Positions 26,261 to 39,829 of a stretch of DNA of 64,000 bases are shown one piece after another. The notes beneath the pieces are model-generated. The model was not told the DNA's origin and ran no database searches. It was given only the letters and a program-made list of their open reading frames with translations. Positions within the stretch are counted from its first letter, which is position 1, and every line of letters starts with the position of its first letter. A program made the position numbers and the translations under genes. Source of the stretch: Vicugna vicugna (taxonomy: Eukaryota); contig MU058824.1 of the NCBI GenBank assembly GCA_013265495.1, forward strand, positions 2,507,111 to 2,571,110, read 5' to 3'.

Positions 26261-26625
26261 TTTTTTTTCTTAACTAAAGTATAGTTGATTTACACTGTTG
26301 TGTTAGGTTCAGGTGTAGAGCAAAGTGATTCAGTTATACACACACACACAGATATATATGTCCTTTTTCAGATTCTTTTCTATTATACATTATTACAAGA
26401 TATTGAATATAGTTCCCTGTGCTATACAGTAGGTCCTTGTTTGTTGTCTATTTTATATATGGTAATTTGTGCCTGCAAATCCCAAACTCCTAATTTATCC
26501 CCCTTCCCTGTCCCCTTTGGCAACTAGAAGTTTGTTTTCTATTTCTGTGAGTCTGTTTCTGTTTTGTAAATAAGTTCATTTGTATCACTTTTTTAGATTC
26601 CACATATGAGTGATATCATATGATA
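26261..26625 (-). mobile_element. Short young lineage-specific L1 3' end with 8-bp TSD
   Basis: Poly-T, then aagtatagttgatttacactgttgtgttagg...ttttagattccacatatgagtgatatcatatg. TSD tgaggagc at 26253-26260 and 26626-26633. Confidence 0.85.
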
Positions 26626-27219
26626 TGAGGAGCATTTGATTCAGTAGAAAGATGTAGTGGGTGATGACCAGGGAGGCTGGAAGCAGATGGAAGGCTTGAG
26701 AGCCCATGCTCAGGAGTTCAGGGTTTTTCTCAAAGGCAGCAGGAAACTGTTCAAAATCTTCTCTGAGCACTGCTCTCTTTTGTACTCCCACATCCAGTCC
26801 CTGACTCCGTCTGCCCAAATGTCTCTCCCTGGCACTTCTTTCCATCCCTGCTGCTGTCTTTTCATGTGTTTCAGGTCTCCCTCCTTCTTCTCTCTACTCC
26901 AGTCTGCTCCACACATTGCTGTGGATTTAACAAACCTTTAGGTCTGTTTAATACAAACAGACCCAATTTGGACTCTGTAGTGCTTGTAACATCCTCCGGC
27001 TCCACATTTTAGATGAAAAAGATGTAAAAAGCAGTTCCCAAATGAAAGAGTGCTAGTTGGAGTAGGAAATGAGGACAAACTCTAGAGCCCAGTGTGTAAA
27101 CTAAATCATAATATTATATGAGTTGACCCCAAGTCTGAGATCCTCTATCCTTGCAAAAATGAGTTCCATGTTAGGACAGACAGTCTTATATAAAAAGAAA
27201 AATTATGTTCTGCAGCTAG

Positions 27220-28050
27220 TTTTTTTTTTTAATCAGCCATATTTAGTTTACATATAATAAATATTTTAAATGAACAGTTTGATGAATTTTGACAAATGTA
27301 GTCAATAATATGGCCACCACCACAACCAAGATATTGAACTAGTTCATCATTCCAGAGCAATCCCCTGTGCCCCTTTACAGTCCATTTCCTCCCCCCAGTC
27401 CCCAGCACCTGGCAGCCACTGATCTGTCACGACAGCTTTTCTTTTTCTAGAGTGTCATATAAATGGAATCATACAGTACATAGTCTTTTGTGTCTGGCTT
27501 CTTTCCCTTAGCATAATGCTTTTGAGAATCACCACGTTGTCACATATATCAGTATTCTGTTCCTTTTTATCGCTGGGTAGTATGCCATCACATGTACAGG
27601 TATGTCTTGTTTATCCATTCACATTTGATATACACTTGTGTTGTGTCCTGTTTGGGGCTATTATGACTAAAACTGCTGTAACAATCGCATACAGGTCTTT
27701 GTGTGCTCATGTGCTTTTCCTGCATAAAGACTTAGGAGTAGACTTGCAGGTTGTAGGATACGTGCATGTCTAACTATATAAAAAAAACTGTTAAATTGTT
27801 TTCTGAAGTGATTGAGTCATTTTGGACTCCCCTTCTTCTACCTTCCAGCAAGGTATGAGAATTCCAGTTGTTCCAAATCCTCTCTGACACTTGGGATTAT
27901 CAGTCTTTTTAACTTTAGCCATTCCAGTGTATGGATGTATGAAGATAGCACACTGAGATTTTAATTTGCATTTCTCCATAACTAATGACACTGGGCATCT
28001 TTTCATATGATTACTCACCCTTCATATATGTTCTTGCCTGGAGTGTCTAT
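27220..28050 (-). mobile_element. Old L1MB-like 3' fragment
   Basis: gatgaattttgacaaatg, aaatggaatcatacagtacatagtcttttgtgtctggcttcttt, ttttaatttgcatttctcc. Confidence 0.8.
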
Positions 28051-29715
28051 TTGGCAGGTAGGTGTTCGGCTAAGACATATCAGGAGGTTCGCAGAAGTCC
28101 TTGGGTAGCTGACAGAGTGAGGACAGGCTGCGAAGTTGTTTTTCTTTTCCTTGGGAATGGCTCTGGGTGCAGGGAGATCAAGAATTAACCCCCATGCCCT
28201 GGGTACAATTGGATTTTGGGGGAATTAAGGGACATCAAAGATGACACAAATTGGTTACTCTTTAAACACAATGGTTCTCACCATTTTGTGGGGAAGGAGG
28301 TCAGAATATGTGAAAGCATCACATAGATACAAAATTTGGCATATAATTTCAGAGAAGGTTTTGGGGTCCCTAAAGTCCCACTATGAACCCACGTTATAAA
28401 CTTCCTTAGAGGAAGGCATCTGTCATGAGGCCATAAAGCAGAATTTTCAGACAAGACTCCTGAGGAAGGCATTCTCTCTCAGCAAAAGCTCAAGCTTACC
28501 CTTGGAAGACAGGAGTAGGGGCCAGGAGCATCTGGGTCACTCTTTCAGGAAACATAGGCAGACATCCCATCCCCAAGGGTTGTCAAGAGGTCCTCGGTGA
28601 TCTGCTCAGGTGGCTTTCGGGGGACAGGCAAGGTGGATAGTAGGGAGATCCAGAACAGCTGGCCAGTAGGCAGCAGCCTGGTAGGCATTCTGTGCCCTTT
28701 CACAAGAGAGGTTATCATGGAAAGGGCAAGCCCAGCTGTGAGGCCCAAGTATGAGGAAGGAAGACAGATTTGCTGCCAGTTTCTCCTGGGCTGAGAAAGG
28801 TAGAAATAGCTCAAGTGTGAAACTGTCATCTAAAGTCCTTCATGCATTTTTAGCCATACTTGGGAAGCCCGTTTGTTTAGAGAGAGCTACCCCATCGGAC
28901 ACAAACACCAAAACACCTGTAAAAAGGAGACAGAACCAAAGCTATGGGTTGCGTTGAATCTCTGTCCCTCCCTCCCTTTCTTCTCTTGGCTCAGCAAGCA
29001 CCATTCAGAATCAAGGGGGGACCACAACCACGTTCCAAGAACAGATCCCTCGGTCGCTTTGTTTTTATCTCGCGTGGTGGATGTTCTGGTGTTTGCAGTA
29101 CAGCCCAAGAACAAGATGCACCTCATCCTTCCTCGCAGGGCCTCTCTGACTTTACCGCTGCCATAGGCGACTCTCCCACCCTCCAAAATTGAGAGGTGAC
29201 TTTAGAAACCTCTGGCTGCCCTCATCTCATTTCCCATCTGAATTTGTCTGTTTCTTCTCTATATTGTCTCCCCAAAGAAGACCAAAACCAAAACTCTCAT
29301 TTCTGTCACTTTATGTCCCACCAAATGAGCCCCCAAGACTTGGCTGTGGCATAATTCAGTGTCTCATGTAATTCCTCCTCTGGGAAGTCTTCTTTGAAGC
29401 CCCTACCTGAAAGCAATGCCTCCTGGAGCCACTTATTTGTCCTCCCAACATGTTCACAGTGGAGGATGTAGGAAATCATTCTGCCTCTCATCTCCCTTGT
29501 GAACAACTTGAAGACTTTAGATTTTACTCATCTTTTTTCCTTGAGTTAAGTGCAAATAATTTTAGTAATAATAATTTTAACTCCTTCGTTAAGTTAAGCA
29601 ATATGTTCACAGTTTCGTATGTGGATGAAACGCAGCCTCATGGGTACTTTTTGCTTACATAAGGTTAGGAAAAATAGATCCATGACAAAAGGCATCTCTG
29701 GACAGATCAACTTTC

Positions 29716-29729
29716 GGTTAATCATTAAC
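29716..29729. promoter_or_regulatory. Perfect HNF1-type palindrome GGTTAATCATTAAC
   Basis: Exact match to the GGTTAATNATTAAC consensus, in apparently non-repetitive intergenic DNA. Confidence 0.5.
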
Positions 29730-30659
29730 ATCATGTTCACTCCCTCTCCCATCAGCTATTGCCTCATGAACAAATGCAGAGAAATTTCTAGACAACTGCA
29801 TTTGTTTTAACTGAGTAAGGAGAAACAAAACGAAACAAAACAAAAAACAAAAGGGAGAGATTCCCGGAGCCCAGCTAAAATCCAGGCTCTGGTAAAGCTA
29901 AGGATGTGCTGATCTAGCAAAACTCCCTAATCTGTCCACAAAGGCCTCCAAGGTGAGTCAGCTGAAAGAGGCTAATCCCCAGAAGGGACTGATGGCTAAA
30001 GCTGTAGAGGCCATACAAGCACAGAACATTGGAAAACAGGGGACAATGAAAGCTTACAGTGGTATCGTGTAGAGAAAGGTCATAGACCAGCAGGGGAGGG
30101 TCTTGGCTATCTAAGAGGTGGCCTCTGCCCCTTCTCGAGCTGCAGGTTATTCATGCAGCTCAGCCTTGGACAAGGCCCAGATATAAGGATGATTCCAAGG
30201 ATGCAGATATTGAGTTACTAGCTGATAAGGGCCCAGTTGGGTAGGGCTTGGAGCTGGGGTAACTAATACTGTAAGCAAGGCAACCGACTACAATATTACT
30301 GATTCTGCTGGTACAAACATTTATACTGTACTGGATGCTAGGGATGTGGAAGGGAGGAGACAGAGAGAAGAAATCACATCGTATATAGGAGGTGCACAGT
30401 ACAGGTTAGCTGACCCTGAAATCAAAGCAGCAGACAGTATTCAAAAAGAGTGGGTTCAGGTTAAAAGTGTACTATTCAGGGAGGAAGTACCATTGCTCCT
30501 GAGTTGTTTGACTTTGGATAAATCATTCGGAGCTTGATCTTTTGTTAAATTGAGAGACCTGTGTTTTATTCTCCCCTTGTATTCCCTTAATTGGCAAAGT
30601 TAATCCAGTAAATAGCAAAGGAGCCTTCTCTTGAGGCTGTTTGGTCAATTCCCATTCGT

Positions 30660-31000
30660 CCGTGGTTCTCCACAGGAGCAATGTCTCTCCCCAGGGGCAC
30701 TTTGGACTTTCACAAGGTTATTTTTAGTTGTCACAATGATCAGGGGCACCTCCTGGCATTTAGTGGGCCCGCTGATGCTTATTGCCCTGCTGTACACAGA
30801 ACAGTCCCACATATCGGAGGACCTTCCCTGTGTCCTCATCTTAACCAACATGGGAATGTCTTGCCAGTCATTCATGGAGATTGAAAAAACTCTGCTTTAC
30901 ATATAAACACAAATAATTTTTTCACAGTTTCATTCTATTAATTTTCCAGGTTATCTTATCTGTGAATTTCATTTCAGGAGAGTAGGAGAGGGGTACAGAA
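30660..31000. mobile_element. MER20-like hAT element
   Basis: ccccaggggcactttgg...tttttagttgtcacaatgatcaggggcacctcctggcatttagtggg; right boundary approximate. Confidence 0.6.
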
Positions 31001-31429
31001 TATGTGTTATGAGACTCACACAGGGTTGAGTGCTACTTCTAGAAATCCCCTCAGCAGCCAATCCCACACAAAAAGAAGCTGAACAAGACATTCCTGTTCA
31101 CTCCAACAGACATAGGGATGGACGGATGTATTTATTAGAGTTCTGCCTCACCCCACCACCAGGTTACCTAATATTCCCTGGCACTCACCACCAGCTGAGG
31201 ACGCTAAAACCACTCTTTCGGGGGTTCTTCCTGGAGTTCACTTAGCCCAAAGTCATATCTCCCCCACCATAAGTAGAGAAGATGGTCTTCCTCCCAGTTC
31301 TCTTCTCACCCCCTCACACTCAGTCTTTTTAATTTAAAGCTGGAGCCCTTACTCTCAGCAGCAACTTCCTTAAAACAGAACGTTTTTCATTTGCAATTAG
31401 AAATGTTTAACACCTGGGGACTAGCTATT

Positions 31430-32130
31430 GGCTAAGAAAGGAGCTAGCAAGCTGCCAAGTTCCTGGTGTGACTTGCTGGAGCCAGAGTGGAAGACAAGGA
31501 CCTTATCCTCCAATACTGGGTTGTGTGTTCTGAGTGCTGATTGCCTGACTGCTGCTTTTGATTGCTGAAAGGCCAGCACAGAGGTTGACAGCCATTGTTT
31601 CAACCCCCAGGGACTGACACTGTTTCCAGGGAATTTAAAGAGGTAATGCTTGTTTTTCCCCACTTTGGGAGCTATATGTTTAAGAAAATCTTTGTTACCG
31701 GCTGACTGCAAAGACAGTGGAACAGAGCATCAGTGACTACACACAATAAAGAATATACACCTTGCAAAAATAGTCTGTTAAAGTCACAAATGGATGGCAC
31801 CAACCCTGAAAAAGTAAGAATCAGAAATCCTTGAGAAACAAGAGAATTAGATTTCCAGTTACTAAAATGATACTTAAAATGTTTAGTTCTCAATAAAAAT
31901 ACAAAACATGCAGTGAAATAGGAAAGTATGGAATTTGACAGAAATCATATATGAGAAAGCCCAGACATGGGATTTGTTAGTCAAAGATATTTACTCAACT
32001 GTCTTGTATGTTCAATAAGACAAAGGAAACCACGGACAAAGAACTAAAAGTCAGGAAAATGATATATGAACAAAGTGAAAATATTAATAAAGAGATAGAA
32101 TTTTTTAAAAAAAAAAAAGAACCAAATTGA
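31430..32130 (+). mobile_element. Old L1M 5' / ORF1 fragment
   Basis: aagcccagacatgggatttgttagtcaaagatattt...aaaatattaataaagagatagaa...aagaaccaaat. Confidence 0.65.
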
Positions 32131-32194
32131 GAGAGAGAGATATGCAGTGAGCAGGAGGGAGGGAGGGAGTGAGGAAGGGGAGGGAACACAGGAG

Positions 32195-32405
32195 ATGGAA
32201 GTGACAGACTTTTTGTCATTACATCTTGGAAGTGACCTCCTGTCACTCTTGCTGTATTCTGTTGGTCACCAGCCAGTCACTAACCACTTAGTAGTTGCAC
32301 AAGGAATGGAGCTTCCTGGCCAGACATGGAACGCAGGCGGTGGCCACCAGGAAGGCGTGCGCAGCAGGCTGGCCCCGCGGCTGGGAAAAGTGGCCACACT
32401 TTAGA
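32195..32405. mobile_element. MaLR (MLT1-like) LTR fragment
   Basis: cttggaagtgacctcctgtcactcttgctgtattctgttggtcac...agtcacta. Confidence 0.5.
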
Positions 32406-34435
32406 AATGACTGAGTGATGAAAAGTCCAGCCTCACTCATCGTTAGAAAACTAAAAACAGGACAATGAGTTAGATGTCATTTCTCATCTGCTAAACCAGC
32501 ATAAAAATTTCCCTGAAAGTTCCTGAAATTAGTATGATTACTGGCCAAGAGGGATCCTGGCAGCTCAATTTCCCTCTAAAGTATAGGGGAACCATGGCCC
32601 ATCTTGTGAGATTCCTGACAAATTGAAGTTTGCCCCTGGCTCACACTAAAAGCAGAGAGCGGGTGATTTCTCCCCCATCCTCAGGGCCTGGCCACCCTAG
32701 CCAGCTGCTCTGAGCTGGGCCAGGCTCTGGGGTCATATTGAAGGTGCCCTCCTCACCCTGTCCTGCCGCAGCAGGTGTGCTTCCTCCAGCCTCCCCCACC
32801 CAATGGGACCTCGCCGCCCCCCTCCCCATGAAGGAGGTAGAGACTGACTGACTGCAGGCTGTTCTGTGCCTGGCAGGAAGGGGTGGCAGGTGCAGAGATT
32901 CCAAGGATGGCAGAGGGGAGAGGCAGCACCCCTCATTTTGCTGGGTGCTTTCCTACTCACAAAGCATCCAGGTGTATTCACTCCAGGCTGAGTTTCAGGG
33001 GCAGCTGGAGCTGGGGGGGAACCGCGGCTACAACATTCTCCTGCTGAGTAAATTTGGAGAGTTCCTCATTTCTCTGAGTTTCAGTTCATTTACAAAATAG
33101 GAGTTACCTGGTGACTGCCACCCTGCCCCTGGCGGGACTGAATTAGCTTGTGTAACTGCAGAGCATGTGACAAGTTGGAAGGGGCTGTGCAGGAGCAACT
33201 GGCTGCCTTGAGGAAGAGGGTGGCGTGCAGAGTGGTGCAAAGGGCCCTGGCGATAGATTCGGGAAAGCGGAGGTGGAGACATTGCTGATGCTGTGCTAAT
33301 ATTTCCTTGGCCCACCGGGGTCCACCAGCAGGCCGACAGCATCCCACGAGAACCCCCTGCCTGAGGGCTCTGTCTGGCATCATGGGAAGTTCCTGTCCTG
33401 CAAGTGGCACGAGTGGGGGTGTGGCAGTGCTAATGCTCAGGCAACCCTCCACCCTCACAGATGGTGTTGGGCCTGGTGGGAGGCCGTTTTCCAGCGAGGC
33501 GGAGCCTCATCACCCACAGCAGTGGCCACTCGTCAAAGCCCCTTCAGTGGCTTTTCTTCTTCCAGGCCCCAATCCCCATGTCCTCACTCAGGCTTCTTGG
33601 GGTCATCTCCAAAACAAACGACTTTCCCCCAAGTCCTTGTCTGCTTGCAGGGAACCCAAACTCTGCTGAGGTTCTGTCTGGACCTTCTGGACTTGAGTTT
33701 CCACATCTTTAAAATGGGCAAAACTTACCTCATCGAGTCGTTGAGAGATAAAGCATGTGGAAACACAAACTGAGGTCACGTCAACAAGCAAACTGTGCAG
33801 AAGCAGCAGGAGCTCAGGAAGTGGAGAAAGGAGCAGGAGCCTCTGTCCAAAGGGCACAAAGAGCCACTGACAAGTGAGGCCTGGCATGGCAAGGCTGTGT
33901 TCAATCCAAGAGAAAGGCGAAGAGGAAGACGGTGGAATGCAGGTATTGCCGAAGAGAATGATCTTAGTCTTGTGGGACTAAAGAGGTCCTTAGGAAAGTT
34001 AAAGAGGCCTAGATGATTTCTGCCAAAATGTTATAATTGGCCAAATGGCCAGACACCCAGTCAACACAGGATGAAGTCTTGGTTGGTTCTAGGAATCAGT
34101 GCATAGTTGCAATTATAACCACAGTTTGTTAAATGTGAAATAGATTCTTTCTCATAAGTTTTAATTATTTCATTTTTCAAGATGAAGTGCTCAGTATGCC
34201 TTTTGGGAGTTATTTCCTCTGAAGTATTGGTTATTTTAAGTTACCCATCCCTGTGATCTGCCATCCTAGCTGACTGTGTGGAACTCCCCCGTCACCTCTG
34301 TCTTCCTCATTGGAAGTGACCTCCATGTGGGCTGGGTCCTAGTCACTATGAAGCTACAGCGCTGAGCATAGAGCACAGGTGGATGGATAGACGGATGGAC
34401 GGACGGATGTAGAAGGAGTCCACACAAAATAAGCC

Positions 34436-34441
34436 TTTATT
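34436..34441 (-). terminator. Polyadenylation signal AATAAA of CCDC180
   Basis: tttatt on + (AATAAA on -), 18 nt after the stop codon, followed by a T/G-rich stretch. Confidence 0.65.
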
Positions 34442-34459
34442 TGGGGAGGGTTGAGGGTG

Positions 34460-34816
<357 letters not shown>

Positions 34817-35719
34817 CTAGAAGGAGGCTGAGGAGTGACTAGGACACAGGACTACCTGATTCTGGACTCTGCCCTCCTTCCTAACCACTGCCCTGGGGCC
34901 CTGGCTTCCCCGAGAGGCTGAACCCTCCAGGCCTTTAATGCCCACGGAACTCAGCAGGCAGAGGTGTCCCCTGCCTGGAGCTTAGCATGGTGGCTGGGGA
35001 AGGGCTTGCCCAGGCACTTGAGGGCTCTCCTAATACAGGGGTCAGCATATCTCTAGGCAGGACGAGGTTTCTCTCTGGGACACTCAGACCAAAGGTCCAC
35101 ACATCCTTAGAGTCGAGAGGTCCTGCAGGTGGCCTCTGGGTGCCACCTCCTCTTCAGGTAGGCCCCCTGGGGTCTAACAGGCACTGGGTTCAAATTCTGA
35201 CTCAGCCACTCTGCAGGGGCACAGAGGGGACACATTTCTTTAAGGCTTAGTGTTCTCAGCAGTAACATGGGGACAATTCTGTCTTCCTCAAGGGGTTGTT
35301 ACAAGGAGCCAATGGGAAGCCTCCTGTCACGTACAGAAGCTGCAGCAGGTGCAGTAACTGTCCCTTATTCTGCCCATTGCCACCGCTGCTCCCATGGCCT
35401 CTGTGCCTCTGGCTATTCTGTCTCAACTGTTCCTTGGAAAGCCTTCCTTCACCCCTCCGCCCCCCGGTCTGGGTGTGGAGCACGGGGGCTCACGTCATCA
35501 GACCCACGCTGTTGCTGGAACTGGACATGACCTGCAGCTCATGTCCTGGTGCCTGAGACCATTGGATGTCCTGAGCACTGACACTGTGCCCTGGGGCATC
35601 CTGACACGTGTCATATGCTCCATGGGCCAAATGTCAGGATACCTGGTGACGGGAAGCCCCTTCCTGCCCAAGGCAGCCACACTGAGCTGCCCCGTGCTCC
35701 CTGGGATACACACCCCCTA

Positions 35720-35905
<186 letters not shown>

Positions 35906-36703
35906 CTACAGGCTTGTCTTCATCATTTGCAGTACCTTCTTCAACCCTGGTGGAAAATGTTAGCATTTCTTTAAATAAAATTATCATGCTTTAAACATCT
36001 TAATTAAAAGAAAAATCCTACTGAGTATTTCACGTTAAGTGTGTTCATGTTCATTATTTTTCGTATTTTCTCACTGTTTAAATCCATGTGTACCGACAGG
36101 CTTGGGTTCTGCATGGGGGTGGGAATCCCACACCTCCATGTGCTCCCCTTCTCTGGGCCTCAGTTTCCCTATCAGCCCACCGGCCTGGGGCAGTCCTGGT
36201 TCCTGGCCCACGTTTCCTATTGCGCTATAAAATCCACTGCTGACAACTGAGCTGGGCAAATTGCTGCCTTACTTCTTAGAGTCACATTCTCACATTCTTG
36301 GGGCACAGGGGACAAGCACTTTGGTAGCCCTCATCATATGTGACAGACAGCAGCATTGGTTCACAGTGCCACCAGCAATCTGAGAATGTGCCCCATGCTG
36401 GGACAGGCCTCCCTGTCTTGGGGGTCCCTTGTGGGTCCTTACCACGTGGACAAATAGCTGCTGAGCTCTCAGCATGTGCCAGGGCACTCCCAGTACAATC
36501 TCACTGAATGTTCTCCTCATGATTCCAGGTAAGGTTGGGTGCCGTGCCCATTTCACAGATGAGGAGACTGAGGCTCTGGGTGTAATGGCTTTCTGAGGTT
36601 ACCGGATCTGTCTGACTTCAGAGCTCCTGCCCCTGACCATCCCACTGCACCGCCCCCAGCATGCACAGCCAAGCATGGTATTCCTCCCAGGTCTTGGCTC
36701 TCA

Positions 36704-36829
<126 letters not shown>

Positions 36830-37496
36830 TTACTGATGGTGGCCTCACCCACAGCCTGAGATCAAGGGGTCTTCCCCCTGACCTTACATTTAGCGAAATA
36901 AGGGCTCACTCCCCTCTTCCCGACTTGGAGCCTCAGGCAGGAGACGGAGCCCTCTCCCACAGAGGGGCCGAATGCAGCTGGAGGAGGCGAGGTGTGGTCT
37001 GGGTGCCGTCCCCAACTCCACAGCCTGGGGCGTGATGCTCTGACCACACAGGCCCCTGAATATGCTTTGTAGAGCCTCCTTTGGCTTATACTGGCTCAAA
37101 TAGGTCCTGAACTAAGAATTTCTTCTGGAATGAACACATTTAAGGTTGTCCCTCTCGTGCCTGGCTCACTGACTTGTCCTTTGATGTGGGGAGAAAGGGG
37201 CTCCGTCCATGGAATGAGAGCCAGCAGGCAGGAGTGGCCCTCTGCACCCTGGTCTGTGGGGGTGGCAGGGCCAGGCTGCTTGGCCCATAGGCTACTAGAG
37301 ATATGTTCCAGTTTGTGGTTTCTTTCCATCCTTTGACATTTTTCTTTGTTTTAGTTTTGGCCACAGAGAAGTGCCAGCTTCTGGCTTCTTTATGGCTTCT
37401 GACTTGCATCTCACACTTAGGAAAGCTGTCCCTACTCCAATATTATGAAAATATTTACTATTAGGGTTTCATTTTTTACATACAATCATTGACCTA

Positions 37497-37880
<384 letters not shown>

Positions 37881-38252
37881 TCAGTGTGTGAGACAAGACC
37901 AGGGCCATGTGTCAACTGTGTCCGAGTTAACTGGCATCTGGTCCTTGGCCAGGAAGCTTCTCCCAAGAGGTGACTTGTTTTGAAGATAGAAAAATGATTC
38001 TAAAATGGCCAATTTACCCAAGAGGAAATAAAGCTAGACATGGATCTTGGGACAAAAAAGTTCTCATTAGTAATTCTGTAATTAACTAATTTAGAAATTA
38101 AAAATCCAAGTTAAAATTACCAATAATGACCATAAAACCTGTCTGCTTTCATGCCCTGCTTTGGCCAGGCTCCCAGCTGAGGGCTGTGCTCTGTGCTGTT
38201 GGTGGGCTGTCAGTTGGGGTGACCGCTGGAGGGCAGCGCACAGCAGCACCTA

Positions 38253-38435
<183 letters not shown>

Positions 38436-38932
38436 TCAGCAAGAGTTTTGACCTGGTCTTGAGGTCGGGACCAAAAGGCTACTGGCCTATGCCCTCTGCC
38501 AATTATGGCCACGGCCAGACTGATGTGTGCGCTGGCTGGGGTGTGCAAAGGGCCGTGGTTGGGCAGAGGAGTGGCAGAGAAGGCAAGACAGGAGCGTGGC
38601 TTGAGCTGACTCTGAGGGTTAGGCAGTGAGAGGGCTGAGCATCCGCCCTAGAACAATCAAGGCTTCAGCCCAATGAAATCAACAGAACTCACGTCCCATG
38701 GCTCTAAGGACCATGTGGACAATCACTGTTGATCTCAATGACTGCAGCCCCAGAGAACCCAGTGGACCCACCCATTAAATCCAACAAGGAGTTTGCCGAT
38801 TGCCTCCTATGAAGGAGCTGCCGGCTCAGCTCTCATTTCTCCAGTGCCTCGTGTCCAGGAATCCCAAGCCCGGCCCATCTCCTTCTCTGGGACTCAGTTC
38901 TGCTAACACTCTGCCTCCATTTCTGAATCCTA

Positions 38933-39247
<315 letters not shown>

Positions 39248-39794
39248 CTACAATGTGGTAATAGCTATTCTCTCGAAAGGGTTCCTGTGGTCAAACTAGT
39301 AGAGAAATACTGAATTAATCAAGTTCAAAGAACTTTTCTTCTATATTCTGCAGGATTTTCCAGCACTTTTAAAATGCACAGTGTCTTTCAGCAGTTCTGT
39401 CTCATCTGTTATCTCTTCAAATACTGCCTTGACCCTAGACTCCCACTCTCCCTCCGGACCTGTAAGGCTCACTCTTACATCCATACCTCTTCACCTCTCT
39501 CCCATAGTTCCACCTCTTTGTTTTCCTAAGTTGCATTTTGGTTATTTTCTTCAGTAGTAAAGGCATGCATAATTTTTAATTTCAATGATTTATTTTTCCA
39601 ATATAGAAGTTTGATTTGGTCCTCTTTCATATTTACTTGGTCATTTTAATAGCCTCTTGCTCCTTACTCATGTTTCCAATTTCTTCTTTTACTTAGCTCT
39701 AATAAATACATTATTTTATATTCTGTGTCTGATACGTTCAGTATCTGAAGTCTTTGCTGGCCTCATTCTGCTGCCCCATGCTCAAGGTGCCTTT

Positions 39795-39798
<4 letters not shown>

Positions 39799-39826
<28 letters not shown>
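39799..39826. repeat. (TG)14 microsatellite
   Basis: Perfect dinucleotide run. Confidence 0.95.

Positions 39827-39829
<3 letters not shown>

Noticed and set aside
32341..32360. TGGCCACCAGGAAGGCG as a CTCF site
   Set aside because: An extra base disrupts the core spacing, and it lies within an LTR remnant.
34380..34408. (GGAT/GGAC)n short tandem repeat
   Set aside because: Looks like a decayed L2 tail microsatellite; not a CRISPR-like or other functional array.
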